DNA of 60,408 nucleotides from a virus (lineage: Duplodnaviria; Caudoviricetes). Shown piece by piece: positions 29,227 to 39,670 of the stretch. The DNA is taken from positions 1 through 60,408 of the IMG/VR virus record IMGVR_UViG_3300037245_001069; one strand, written 5' to 3'. A program made the translations under genes and the position numbers. The stretch's first letter is position 1, and the number at the start of each line of letters is the position of its first letter. The notes beneath the pieces were generated by a model, which worked only from the letters and a program-made list of their open reading frames with translations, ran no database searches and was not told the origin of the DNA.

Positions 29227-29309
29227 AATTTGCCAATTCAGATTTTATCCTTACATTGCATTTGAATTTTTCATAGTTTAGGTTTATTTGGTTTAGTTGA
29301 ATTAGTTGA

Positions 29310-29340
29310 AAACCGGTTTCAGAGGGAGCCGGTTTTTTTA
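29310..29340 (+). terminator. Intrinsic terminator
   Basis: AACCGGTTTC/GGAGCCGGTT stem plus T7. Confidence 0.7.
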
Positions 29341-29415
29341 TTAAATAATATCTATCGTTTCTGAGATTTCATAGATATTATTAATTTTAATCTTCACTTT
29401 AATTTCTTATCTTTG

Positions 29416-29543
29416 TTTCAGAATAACGGTCGTTGTATGTATTTTTGAACAACAGATAGGTTTAATTATTAACCCATCGTTCCGATAACAGACTATATTC
29501 TAAGTAACTAAGGTTCAATTATATATACAACTTGTTAGCGGTT
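29416..29543 (-). repeat. attC-like site, minus orientation
   Basis: Arms GTTGTATGTATTTTTGAAC / GTTCAATTATATATACAAC between AAC and GTT cores. Confidence 0.75.
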
Positions 29544-29625
29544 CGGTTTATTTCAGCGTAATGGTTTCTTTTTCATTGTGTTGGAATGAATAATTATCTA
29601 ATGTCACCAAGAGAGACTTCCTTTA

Positions 29626-30063
29626 TTAAAAATGGTAGCCTGAAAATACAGCGAATACTATCAGAGAAAGAATTGATAAAGCTAGAAGAACAAAAAAAGC
29701 GTTTAATAGCTTGCCGTAAATCGGTTTTCGGGCGGTTTTTCTTAAAGTGGTGCCGGTGGAATTATCCTTATTCTGTATATATCTTTCATAATCACACCAC
29801 TGATGATACAGAGTGTCTGTTTCGCTATATAAGAAGGCTAACCCACAAAGGATACAAGATCCGCAGAATAATACAGACGATATGAAAGCGATGTACTCAC
29901 ATATATCATTAGCACTGTCAGACTTTAGGCTGATTATCAATCCTAAGATTATTGCGATAACTGATACGCAATTCTTGACCCATCGCAATTCTGCTTCTGT
30001 GCTTTTATCTATTGCATCTGCTAATCTCATTAAGTCAGCGTTGCTTGGTTTATTTTCTTCCAT
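29626..30063 (-). CDS. Cassette-borne membrane protein (3 TM)
   Basis: Antisense to the surrounding phage genes; TM segments. Confidence 0.7.
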   Translation of the reverse strand: MEENKPSNADLMRLADAIDKSTEAELRWVKNCVSVIAIILGLIISLKSDSANDICEYIAFISSVLFCGSCILCGLAFLYSETDTLYHQWCDYERYIQNKDNSTGTTLRKTARKPIYGKLLNAFFVLLALSILSLIVFAVFSGYHF

Positions 30064-30137
30064 AATTTAAAATATTAGTATGAAACGGTTTTGGCTATAC
30101 TTAAAAACAGATTTCCTGCTCGATGCAAGAGCATTTA

Positions 30138-30587
30138 TTATTGGAATGATGACTTATCTACTACTTGAAGCATTATTAAAATATCTTTCCAGTTAGCAAG
30201 GATGAATCCTACTAAAATCCCTAAAATCCCAACTATAAAATCCCTCTTTAGTTTTCTATTTTGAAGATTTAAATTCACCCTTGTTAATTTCGCGTTTTCA
30301 ACATTTAATTCGTCAAATTTCTTCTTTAGATCATCTTGTTCTGATAGATATTCCTGATGCTTTGAATAAGAGCCATGTTTGGACAAAGTAGACAATACAC
30401 TACTACTTAATTTCCACCATAACCCGTCAGGTTCAATCCATCCTTCATCTTCCAAAATAGCCAACAACTTCTCCCATCCAACAACTTCTTTCTTATCTAA
30501 CCATCCTTTTAATGTATTAGACTTTGGATATGATTCATGTAATCTCTTGATGCAGTAATCTGCATATTTTAATTCGTATTCATTCAT
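30138..30587 (-). CDS. Cassette-borne protein: wHTH-like, coiled coil, C-terminal TM
   Basis: Antisense to the surrounding phage genes. Confidence 0.7.
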   Translation of the reverse strand: MNEYELKYADYCIKRLHESYPKSNTLKGWLDKKEVVGWEKLLAILEDEGWIEPDGLWWKLSSSVLSTLSKHGSYSKHQEYLSEQDDLKKKFDELNVENAKLTRVNLNLQNRKLKRDFIVGILGILVGFILANWKDILIMLQVVDKSSFQ

Positions 30588-30624
30588 AATATCTAATTAC
30601 TCTCATTCCCTCCCTCTTAAACTG

Positions 30625-30689
30625 ACCGCTAACGAGTGATATGGTTAGTGATTTCTTGTCATTAACTATTATCACTTATTATTCTGAAA
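30625..30689 (-). repeat. Short attC-like site (probable recipient site)
   Basis: Arms AGTGATATGGTTAGTGA / TCATTAACTATTATCACT with one extra base. Confidence 0.72.
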
Positions 30690-30772
30690 TCTTTTCTTGG
30701 GTGTCGATGAGGCGCAGAAAGATTTGAGATTGTCATTTATAAGCAATATATTTGTGGATAAGATATAAGTAG

Positions 30773-31255
30773 ATGATAGATTTTAATAACACATTTAGCA
30801 GTACTGGGACGATGAATACTGAGGATGTGTTGAAAATAGAAAGATATTCAAAAACGCAAATATGTGGTGTTTACTTTCTCGTAAAAAACGAAGAAGTGAT
30901 ATACGTTGGCAAATCTATTGATTTGCTTACAAGAGTTGTGTCGCACGTAAAAACTAAAGATTTTGACTCCTTCGCGTTAATCCAATGTGATGAGCACATG
31001 CTTGACTTTGAGGAAACGAAATACATATTACATTACAGACCGATCCAAAACAAAAGCGTTGGAGACTATGAGTACATTGGGTTATTTGGGTGGTATTCAA
31101 GATGCAAGCTGATATACGAATTGAAGTTGAATGATAATCAAATACCAGAATTGGATAGGCACTTACGAATAATCAGTGAAACTATTAATTGTTTCCGATA
31201 TAAACTATACAAAGTAGATGATGTTCAAGCATTAAAGATGAAATTATTTAAATAA
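30773..31255 (+). CDS. GIY-YIG nuclease-domain protein
   Basis: GVYFL...IYVGKS..L..R...H, E...I....P..N. Confidence 0.8.
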   Translation: MIDFNNTFSSTGTMNTEDVLKIERYSKTQICGVYFLVKNEEVIYVGKSIDLLTRVVSHVKTKDFDSFALIQCDEHMLDFEETKYILHYRPIQNKSVGDYEYIGLFGWYSRCKLIYELKLNDNQIPELDRHLRIISETINCFRYKLYKVDDVQALKMKLFK

Positions 31256-31616
31256 TGTCAAAAGCATTCAAAAATATCACTTTCGATCAAATCAAAGTCA
31301 CTGGCAAAGTGGCTGAAAGGCTATTCTTTTACCCAAGATCGAACGTTGTTTTTGATGAAAAAGGCAATGATATTGGCAGATATACCGTTAAAATGGGTGA
31401 ATTGGAAGCAATTATTGATTATGATTAAGTCCAAAAAAGCAAATATTAATTGGAGAAGGTATTTTAGGAGCCTAGAAGTTACTGTTTTGAGCAAAAGAGC
31501 AGGAATGATTGAATCAAATACTAAAACTATAGGTTATTGCATGGGGAATGTAATTGCTGTCCAGAAAGCTGCTGATTATATTGATGTTTATTCGAATTAA
31601 ATAATAATTTAAAACT

Positions 31617-31913
31617 ATGAAAGCTAAAGAGATTTATTACAAGAAATTATTCAGTCTTGGAAATTTCCAGAACGAAGAAATTGGAATTAAAATTGAAATA
31701 GAAGAAGGCGAAAAGGCATCTGACGTTTTAATTAAGGCAAAAGAGTTCGTGAATGGGCTAAATCCTATCGCTAAAAGAAAAGCAGAATATCAGGACGCTC
31801 TTGGTATTCTAGAAGATAAAAATGGCTACAATTACGAGAGAGTCATGTGTGCTGAAAAAATTGTAAAGGATTACGAAGCAGACAAAGGCGGTCCTGAAGA
31901 TTTACCATTCTAA
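31617..31913 (+). CDS. Hypothetical protein with DLPF tail
   Basis: SLGNFQNEEIG motif. Confidence 0.6.
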   Translation: MKAKEIYYKKLFSLGNFQNEEIGIKIEIEEGEKASDVLIKAKEFVNGLNPIAKRKAEYQDALGILEDKNGYNYERVMCAEKIVKDYEADKGGPEDLPF

Positions 31914-32799
31914 ACTAAAATAAAACTATGCTATTCAAAAAACTCAGAGGGTATAACTACCTCCTCGACAAAAGCAAAAACTTAGTTCACGACTTATTAG
32001 CAATAGATTCAGACAATGCCTTTAAAACGAAGGTGGTTCCTGAATGTGATGCTTTAATTCCGAAAATAAAGCGGAGGCACAAGAAGTATTTGACTTTTAA
32101 TCAGTTCATGATTCTATACTCAAATGGAAAAGTAAATGGGTGTCCTGACTGCTTGGTTGGGTTTAATAAGGAACTAAAAACTAAATAAATATGTCGCCAG
32201 AATACATAGAATTATGGAAAGAAAAAGCTGATCTACAGGCCGAGAATATAGCTCTTAGATTTAAGTTGGCAATGCCAAAGGTTAAAAAAATGAATGATTT
32301 GTTAAAGGAGGTGTGCGATGCTGTTCAGGAATTAAAGATTAATAAGGAACGTAAAACTAAATAAACATGGAGCAGAGCACTGAAACAAGAAGAATTACAA
32401 AGGTGAGGTTGGTTAATGATGAATTTCAAGAAGCCATAAAAAACTACCTAAAAAGCAAAGGTGTTATTGACACAGAGCATCATGTTGTTATTGATATTGT
32501 AGAGACTAGGGACGAAAGAGGTGTTGAGTTAGATGTGGCGTTACACAACTATAATAAAGACAACAATATCTATAAAACTAAATAAAATTGCCGAAAAATA
32601 ATCCATGTGCTACAAATGACTGTGGCAAGCTAACATTCTTCTCAAATACCGCCTTGCTTGCGGATTATCTCAAAGTCGATGCAGAAACAACTAGGAGGTG
32701 GAGAATTAGCTTGGTCAAGAGTGGAAAGCCTTTAATTTGGAGCTACGAGGGCGTGTTAATAGATTTTAAACCGGAAGTTATTACTAATAAAAATAAATT

Positions 32800-33096
32800 A
32801 TGAAACCAGTAAAATTCAAACATCAAAATGTTGTATTCGCAGAAGATCAACCCGAATACGGATCGTTGCCTTCATTAAAACTAGATACTCCACAAGGAGA
32901 AGTTATAAGCTGCTGGAAACTGAGCTTTAAGGAACGAATTAAAGTATTGTTTCTTGGAAGGGTTTGGATGTCCTTGATGAGCTTTAATAAGCCGCTTACT
33001 CCAAGCTATTTGGCTATTAATAGGAAAGAAGTTTATAGTCATTCTGATGATAGTATTGTGTGGTATAAAAAAGCGATTAATCTATTTAAGAAATGA
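32800..33096 (+). CDS. Conserved phage protein (AEDQPEY..LP)
   Basis: Motif SCWKLSFKER. Confidence 0.65.
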   Translation: MKPVKFKHQNVVFAEDQPEYGSLPSLKLDTPQGEVISCWKLSFKERIKVLFLGRVWMSLMSFNKPLTPSYLAINRKEVYSHSDDSIVWYKKAINLFKK

Positions 33097-33656
33097 AAAA
33101 AATACTCGTCTTAGACATTGAAACATCAGGCTTTAAAAATCAAGGAGGCTCAATAGTAGAAATCGGAATCGTAGAACTAAATCTCGAAACAGGAGAAGTA
33201 AAAGAATTGTACGATTCGCTTTGTAAAGAAGATCGATTCGACGAAACTCATACTGAAGGTAAATTCGGTTGGATATTCGAACACTCAGATTTAACTTTCG
33301 AGGAAGTAATGAAAGCTCCGGAATTTGGAGTTGTGAAAAATCAAGTCCAATCAATTCTTGATAAATATCCTTTAGGGTGTACCGCTTTTAATAATTCATT
33401 TGATTTCGGGTTCCTGAGAGATAGAGGCATCAAAATTAAAGGGTTGCCTTGTCCGATGATACTTTCTACTTCAATCTGTAAATTACCGAACAGAAACGGA
33501 TATGGTGGCTATAAGTGGCCTAAAGTAGAAGAGGCTTACGATCATTTCTTTCCGGATAATGACTATACAGAGAAGCACCGCGGAATGGACGATGCAAAAC
33601 ATGAAGCAAAGATTGTATTTGAACTTTGGGAGATGGGAATATTTAAAATTGACTAG
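33093..33656 (+). CDS. DEDDh 3'-5' exonuclease (DnaQ-like)
   Basis: LDIETSG, AFN.SFD, HRGMDDA. Confidence 0.88.
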   Translation: MKKILVLDIETSGFKNQGGSIVEIGIVELNLETGEVKELYDSLCKEDRFDETHTEGKFGWIFEHSDLTFEEVMKAPEFGVVKNQVQSILDKYPLGCTAFNNSFDFGFLRDRGIKIKGLPCPMILSTSICKLPNRNGYGGYKWPKVEEAYDHFFPDNDYTEKHRGMDDAKHEAKIVFELWEMGIFKID

Positions 33657-33658
33657 GC

Positions 33659-34069
33659 ATGGAAGCATCTGAATTGAGAATCGGTAATTTTATTTATATT
33701 GACATTCATAACGATCCGATGACAGTTTCTGTAACTGCCATAATGCAAGATAAATTATATTATTCTAGGCATCTCGACAGTATAGAGTACGTTTCATTTT
33801 TCTGTGCATTAAAATATTACTGGAAATCTATTCCATTAACAGAATATTGGCTAGTTCGTCTTGGACTAAAAAAAGACAACAATGGCGATTATGCTATAAC
33901 CAACGGCAGAAAATCAATAAGAGTAGATGTGGTTCAGGATGACGATTTATTATTACTTTACCAAGAAGATATTGGAATGAACTGGGTATCAATTAAGTTT
34001 GCTGATGAAGTCCATGCTTTCCAAAATATCTGCTTTTACTTAATAGATTTAGAACTTGAAACAAAATAG
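33659..34069 (+). CDS. Hypothetical phage protein (ELRIGN / IPLTE family)
   Basis: Motifs common in Bacteroidota phages. Confidence 0.65.
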   Translation: MEASELRIGNFIYIDIHNDPMTVSVTAIMQDKLYYSRHLDSIEYVSFFCALKYYWKSIPLTEYWLVRLGLKKDNNGDYAITNGRKSIRVDVVQDDDLLLLYQEDIGMNWVSIKFADEVHAFQNICFYLIDLELETK

Positions 34070-34579
34070 AATGGAAAGACAAGCAAGATGGAGAAGAAAC
34101 ATAGATTATACTGAAAAAGACGAATACGGACTCTTTGTTAATGCTGAAAATTACATAGAGATGAGGACGAACGCTCAAGTGAATAAACTTCAGCAAGCAT
34201 ATTTGGATCGCAATCGGAATATAAAATTGACTAGCTATGGAATTTAAAAAACTAAAATGTATTCTCAGGCTAAAACATAAGCCCTCTCCGATTGGTGATT
34301 TTGTAGATAAAGAAGGGGATTATGCTTATAAATGGAAATGTGAAAGATGTGGAGCATTTCTGGGATTGCCGACAATGACGGACAAGTTTATAAAAGATAA
34401 TTTCCCAATTCCATCAAGACCTAAAATAAAATAAAAATGGCAAAAATAAAAATAACAATAGAAGAATCAGGAGAGCCCGTAACCGGATTAACAGCAGAGG
34501 ACTTTGAAAGTTTACCTTTTGACTGGACGGATATTGTGGAAGTTGAGCCTGGAGTTTATGCATCTTTAGAGGAAGGATA

Positions 34580-36376
34580 ATGGGAGAAGTTAATTTCACA
34601 AATAACAGGAGACAGGAGTTAGCATTGCATTCAATGTTTGATTATAAATATTCATTAATGTACGGAGGTGGAAGGTCTGGGAAAACTTTCGTTATTCTGT
34701 ACATGATAGTACATAGGGCAATTGAAGAAAAATCAAGACATGCTGCATTAAGATTTCATTTCTCAGATATTAAAAAGTCTGTAATAATGGAAACATGGGT
34801 CGAGTTGGCGGCTATACTAGAATTAGTGGAGGGCAGAGACTTTATATTAAACAAGCAAGATTGGTTCATACGATTCACTAATGGCAGTGAAATATGGTTT
34901 GGTGGGCTAGATGAAGGTAGGGGATTAGACCGAATACTAGGAAAGGAATATTCAACTATATGGCTGAATGAAGCAAGTCAGATCAGTTATAAAGCATTCT
35001 CCATTATTAAATCTAGGCTCGCTCAGAAGACAGGGTTAAAAACCAAAATGTTTATTGACCTAAATCCGACAAGCAAGGCGCACTGGACATATACTGTATT
35101 CTTTTTAAAAATGCAGCCTGATGGTAATGAATTATTGAACCACCCAGAACAATACGGTAATGTGCAGATGAACCCTGCCGATAATCTATCGAATATTGCG
35201 GATGATTATCTGGAAACAATGGAGGGTTCCACTAAGGCTGACAGAGAAAGATTTTTGCATGGAAATTATGCGGATATAATCAAGGGGTCTTTGTTTACTC
35301 AGAAGATGTTCAATCAACATCGTGTTATATCGCATCCTGAGCTAAAAGAGGTCGTTATTGTTATTGATCCGGCAATATCTACTGGCGAAGGGGCTGATGA
35401 AACAGGATTGGGTGCAACCGGCAAAGGAAGGGATGACAGAGGTTATTTATTAGAGGATGCTACAGATGTGTACACCCCAAAAGAATGGGCTAAAAAAGCA
35501 ATTGATCTTTATCATAAATGGGATGCATCTTGGATTATATATGAAGAAAATCAAGGTGGGGACATGATCAAGGCCACCATTCAATTCATTGATGAAAACA
35601 TACCCACTAAAAGCGTAAGGGCTACTAAAGGTAAGCTACTTCGCGCAGAGCCTGTCTCTGCATTATATGATGATGGCAGAATAAGTCATGTTGGAAGTTT
35701 TGTAGATGCGGAAACTGAAATGGTTTTATATACAGGGAAGCCCGGTCAGAAATCACCAAACAGGCTCGATTTTATTGTTTATGGATTTTTACACTTATTC
35801 CCAATCGGAGTATTTTCAGACTCCGAACTTTTCAACAGAGATGCACTCAAGTACTGGAAAGATTACGACTTCGAAAACTCCACCAACCTATTATACATTA
35901 AAATATCAAGCAGTACCGGCAGAACACCTCACTATAATTTCACCGCTTTATTCGTCAAGATAAAAGATCAGAAGTTATTTATCACTGATTGTATTTTCAA
36001 TGAAATGTTACCTTCAGATAATTTAGAACAGCTTAAAAATAAATTAACCGGATTTGATGCCAAGAGAATATTTTTAGAATGCAACCCTTCATTCGGGGCT
36101 TTCTTCCAAGAGTTAAAACAGACTAAAATGGATGTCCGTGGAATTAAAGAGTTTAATCAGGAGGATAACCGGATTATGAGTGAGTCTGCTTTTATAAAGG
36201 AGTCGTTTGTGTTTGAGAAGAATTCAGAATCTACTTATTATAAGAGCTATCTCATCCAACTCCAATCTTATACCGTGTCGGCTGAAATAACGGAATCATT
36301 CGCAGCTAATATTTTGCCCAGCGTAGCATACGTTACTAAAAAATTATATAAATCACTACTAACAAAAAAAGCATGA
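34580..36376 (+). CDS. terL: Terminase large subunit with extra C-terminal domain
   Basis: GGGRSGKT, WLNEAS, DLNP, VIDPA, DETG, GK..RAEP, SPNRLD. Confidence 0.92.
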   Translation: MGEVNFTNNRRQELALHSMFDYKYSLMYGGGRSGKTFVILYMIVHRAIEEKSRHAALRFHFSDIKKSVIMETWVELAAILELVEGRDFILNKQDWFIRFTNGSEIWFGGLDEGRGLDRILGKEYSTIWLNEASQISYKAFSIIKSRLAQKTGLKTKMFIDLNPTSKAHWTYTVFFLKMQPDGNELLNHPEQYGNVQMNPADNLSNIADDYLETMEGSTKADRERFLHGNYADIIKGSLFTQKMFNQHRVISHPELKEVVIVIDPAISTGEGADETGLGATGKGRDDRGYLLEDATDVYTPKEWAKKAIDLYHKWDASWIIYEENQGGDMIKATIQFIDENIPTKSVRATKGKLLRAEPVSALYDDGRISHVGSFVDAETEMVLYTGKPGQKSPNRLDFIVYGFLHLFPIGVFSDSELFNRDALKYWKDYDFENSTNLLYIKISSSTGRTPHYNFTALFVKIKDQKLFITDCIFNEMLPSDNLEQLKNKLTGFDAKRIFLECNPSFGAFFQELKQTKMDVRGIKEFNQEDNRIMSESAFIKESFVFEKNSESTYYKSYLIQLQSYTVSAEITESFAANILPSVAYVTKKLYKSLLTKKA

Positions 36377-36576
36377 AAAAACCATTTACAAAAGAAGAAC
36401 AAGAAGTCATGGATTTAATTGTTGAGGCTCATAAAAAGTTTTCAGCACTCAAGCAAAGCCATCCTGACGAGGGAAACGAATGGAGATTTCACTTACACGG
36501 ATTACAGCACGCATTAGTTCATAGGGTTGTTTCGCGTGATTATCCAAAAGATTTTTATTCACTTTTAAATAAATAA
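36373..36576 (+). CDS. Small hypothetical protein
   Basis: Coupled to terL. Confidence 0.6.
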   Translation: MKKPFTKEEQEVMDLIVEAHKKFSALKQSHPDEGNEWRFHLHGLQHALVHRVVSRDYPKDFYSLLNK

Positions 36577-36579
36577 ATT

Positions 36580-36882
36580 ATGGGATCAAACTATGTAAAA
36601 ATCAGTACAGAAGAGTATAACCGACTTCGTGATTTTAAAATTGCAATTGATAATGGATTAACTGTCGAGGTTGACCGTTATGATGATCTTGGGAGTGGAT
36701 ATGTGTATTCAAAGGATGAATTCTCCAAGTCCATGCTAAAAGATTTAGATTTGTGCAAAAAAGAATTGGCTAAAGCTCGGCTAGAATTAAACCTTGCCTT
36801 CAATCCTCCAGCAAAAGGAATCACAATTAAAGATATTCAAAAAATGTCTTTGTGGGGATTCTGGAAGTGGAAATGGTTGTAA
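36580..36882 (+). CDS. Hypothetical protein
   Basis: ORF. Confidence 0.55.
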   Translation: MGSNYVKISTEEYNRLRDFKIAIDNGLTVEVDRYDDLGSGYVYSKDEFSKSMLKDLDLCKKELAKARLELNLAFNPPAKGITIKDIQKMSLWGFWKWKWL

Positions 36883-36906
36883 TAAAACACATTAAAAAGT
36901 AGAACG

Positions 36907-36942
36907 AAAAGAGGTAGTCATAAAGATTATCTCTTTTTTTTT
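36907..36942 (+). terminator. Intrinsic terminator, followed by -7 box TAACTTTG (about 36965)
   Basis: AAAAGAGGTAGTC/GATTATCTCTTTT plus T tract. Confidence 0.65.
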
Positions 36943-36996
36943 TGCTTTTAATAGTTTTAGACTATAACTTTGTAACTTATTATAAAATAAATAGTT

Positions 36997-37368
36997 ATGA
37001 AATATGTAAGCGATCTTATCCTTGATAATGGGATAGCCTACTTAAAGGCTAATGGCACAGAAGAGTATTTATGTACATCACAGCCGGCAGACAGAGCAGC
37101 AGCAATAGCGGCATCGGTAGCGAGTAAGACAGGGCTGACTTCTGGTGACTATACTGGCCCGTCAGATGGCGCAGTGAGCGGTAGAAAAATGACCGTAAAT
37201 GCTCAGGCTGGGATAGTAGCAAGTGCAGACGGAACGGCAACTCATATTGCGATATGCTCAGGCACGACATTGTTATTAGTAACTACCGTTACTTCACAAG
37301 TTGTGACAAATGGCAATACGGTAAATCTTCCTGCATTCAGTGACGAAATGCGAGACGTAACGCCTTAA
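36997..37368 (+). CDS. Putative virion structural protein
   Basis: Ala/Thr/Gly-rich beta protein, GTATHIA motif. Confidence 0.6.
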   Translation: MKYVSDLILDNGIAYLKANGTEEYLCTSQPADRAAAIAASVASKTGLTSGDYTGPSDGAVSGRKMTVNAQAGIVASADGTATHIAICSGTTLLLVTTVTSQVVTNGNTVNLPAFSDEMRDVTP

Positions 37369-37372
37369 TCAT

Positions 37373-39031
37373 GTGGCGACTTTATTAAAGACATATAATT
37401 TTGATTCTGCACAGGGATGGGGCTATATTATCAATGGAGACGGCTCAGGCACTTGGCAATCTTCAGGTGGGAATACCGGAGGCTGCTGGGCTGTTAATTG
37501 CTATGGACGAACTAATTTAGAACAAGGCTATTTAGAACTTTCTACAACATGGGAGGCGTTAGGTGTTCCGTCAAATTCCACAATAAACGAAATAGATTCA
37601 AGTTCCCTAAATTGGCTTTGTGATGTTTTTAATGTTTCAGATGGTTATACAATAGGAGCTTTAGAAATCAGAGATTCAGGAGGATCTTTACAAGCAACAT
37701 TAAAGACTAGTCAAGCAGGAAGTGGAACAACAAGTTATGCAAGTTATTCAAATACATCTCCCGTATCTATTCCGGCATCAATTCAATCAAGCGATTCAAG
37801 TATAAGAATAAGGATTAATTTTGTCCTCAATACTGCTAAGAATAATAGCGCGGAGGTCAATTTACTGATTGACAATATTTCATTATCTATTGATTATTCG
37901 GCAGGGTCGATAGATATTTTGGCGAACGATTTATCTCACGACAATATACTTTCTATTGGGGAAATATCTCAAACTCATTTAATTCAATCTATTGATTTAT
38001 CTCATGATAATGAATTGAGCACCGGAAATATAACGCAGATTCATTCAGTAGAGGCAGATAGCTTATCCCATGACAATGATCTGGATGCAGGTGAAATTTC
38101 AGTAACAATAGATATTGTAGCAGAAAATACATACCACTCAGGCATTCTTGAATCTTCTGTCATATCTCAAACTCATGAATTAAACGTAAATAATTTATCC
38201 ATTAATAATGAGTTAGACGAGGCTATTATCTCTCAGGCACATGCAATTATTGCAAATAATCTGTTTCATTCAAATGAATTAGAATCTGGAATTATTACTT
38301 CTGAAATTTATATTACAGCAGACGATATTTATCACAATAATACACTTCTAGAGACTTTTATTTCTCAGGTGCATGATATCGAAGCAGATGATTTATTTAA
38401 TGAAAACTATGCTGAATCTGGACTTATTTCTCAGTCCCACTTATTTGAGGCAGAAGATTTATCCCATTCAAGTGAATTAGATAATCCTATTATTTCACAA
38501 TCCCACAATATAAATTCGAGCGATAATTATCATTTGAATTATTTATATGATTCAGGAATATCTCAGTCGCATAACATATTGATAGATGACTGCTACCATT
38601 CGAATGAATTAGATCATGCTTCAATAAGTAGCGATATCGACATAGTGGCAAATAACTTATATCAAGGCAATGTATTGGATGCAGGGGAAATTACGCAGTA
38701 TCATTTAATTCAGGCAACCGATAATTATCATGAAAATATCCTTAGCGATTCAGTCATTACTCAAATACATGAAATAAATGTAGATGGATTATCTCACAAT
38801 AATTACGTTGAGAATGTAACTATATCGCAAGAATCTACCATATTTGTGGATGATTCATACAGTATAAGCGTATTGGATTCTGCGGTCATGCAAGCGACCA
38901 TAAATGTCAACTCTAAATCGCAGTACAGAAAATGTAAAGCATATTCAACAACAGGAACGAGAAGAAATGTAGCTTCAGTAACAGGAAGAAGAATTAATGT
39001 AAACTCAACATATAAAAACCCATTAAATTAG
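37373..39031 (+). CDS. Repeat-containing fibre-like protein (about 15 repeats of about 21-22 aa, ISQ.H.I...L.H.N.L)
   Basis: N-terminal globular domain plus tandem His/Asp/Asn repeats; GTG start. Confidence 0.7.
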   Translation: MATLLKTYNFDSAQGWGYIINGDGSGTWQSSGGNTGGCWAVNCYGRTNLEQGYLELSTTWEALGVPSNSTINEIDSSSLNWLCDVFNVSDGYTIGALEIRDSGGSLQATLKTSQAGSGTTSYASYSNTSPVSIPASIQSSDSSIRIRINFVLNTAKNNSAEVNLLIDNISLSIDYSAGSIDILANDLSHDNILSIGEISQTHLIQSIDLSHDNELSTGNITQIHSVEADSLSHDNDLDAGEISVTIDIVAENTYHSGILESSVISQTHELNVNNLSINNELDEAIISQAHAIIANNLFHSNELESGIITSEIYITADDIYHNNTLLETFISQVHDIEADDLFNENYAESGLISQSHLFEAEDLSHSSELDNPIISQSHNINSSDNYHLNYLYDSGISQSHNILIDDCYHSNELDHASISSDIDIVANNLYQGNVLDAGEITQYHLIQATDNYHENILSDSVITQIHEINVDGLSHNNYVENVTISQESTIFVDDSYSISVLDSAVMQATINVNSKSQYRKCKAYSTTGTRRNVASVTGRRINVNSTYKNPLN

Positions 39032-39035
39032 AATC

Positions 39036-39329
39036 ATGGCAAATATAAATCCAGTGGCAGGACAAGATTACGATGTTGTATTAGTAGAAGAAGGCTCTTT
39101 GGTTGATGCCACTGTCACTATTGAATATAAAGACCCAAGCGGAAAAAAAACAAGAGATGTCACACCTACTAATGTAGATACTGATACCGGAGAAATAACA
39201 TACTCAATTCCAAATACTGACTCAACTTATGGCATGTGGTTATTTGTTGCAAAAATAGTAGCCTCAGATGCTAAAATAAGATACACGAATCCGGCAGAAC
39301 AGGTATTCTTCGATAATAAGAAAACCTAA
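39036..39329 (+). CDS. Small Ig-like (BppU-N-like) structural protein
   Basis: I.YKDPSG...G.I.Y......G.W pattern. Confidence 0.55.
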   Translation: MANINPVAGQDYDVVLVEEGSLVDATVTIEYKDPSGKKTRDVTPTNVDTDTGEITYSIPNTDSTYGMWLFVAKIVASDAKIRYTNPAEQVFFDNKKT

Positions 39330-39670
39330 TTCATAGATAAAATTTATAACTAATTTGGTTGATATAAATTTTATTGATAGCTTTGTGCAAACAATACATA
39401 CTGCAATATTGGCATGATATACGAAAAAGTCACTATAAGCCTACAGAGATATAATGAGTTGATGCTTAAATCAGATTTCTTTGATAGTAATTACGTAGCC
39501 GCTAATTTTGATTTTATAAATGATACTAAAACACAATTGTGGATTAAGGATGATATTATCAAGGAAGTAGAAGATTATCATCGTAGCGCAGTAGTGAGTT
39601 ATAAAAACAAGATAAGATCAAGATGCACGTTGAGATTTTGGAGGTGGAAATTATCCTTAAAAATAAATAA

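Larger units (their letters stand above)
29427..30632 (-). mobile_element. Inserted gene cassette(s) carrying two ORFs
   Basis: Inner IR GTTAGCGGT (29534) / ACCGCTAAC (30625); outer IR TTTCAGAATAA (29416) / TTATTCTGAAA (30679). Confidence 0.72.

Noticed and set aside
29586-30070. Plus-strand ORFs 29586-29885 and 29813-30070
   Set aside because: Overlap the more credible minus-strand cassette membrane gene; no motifs
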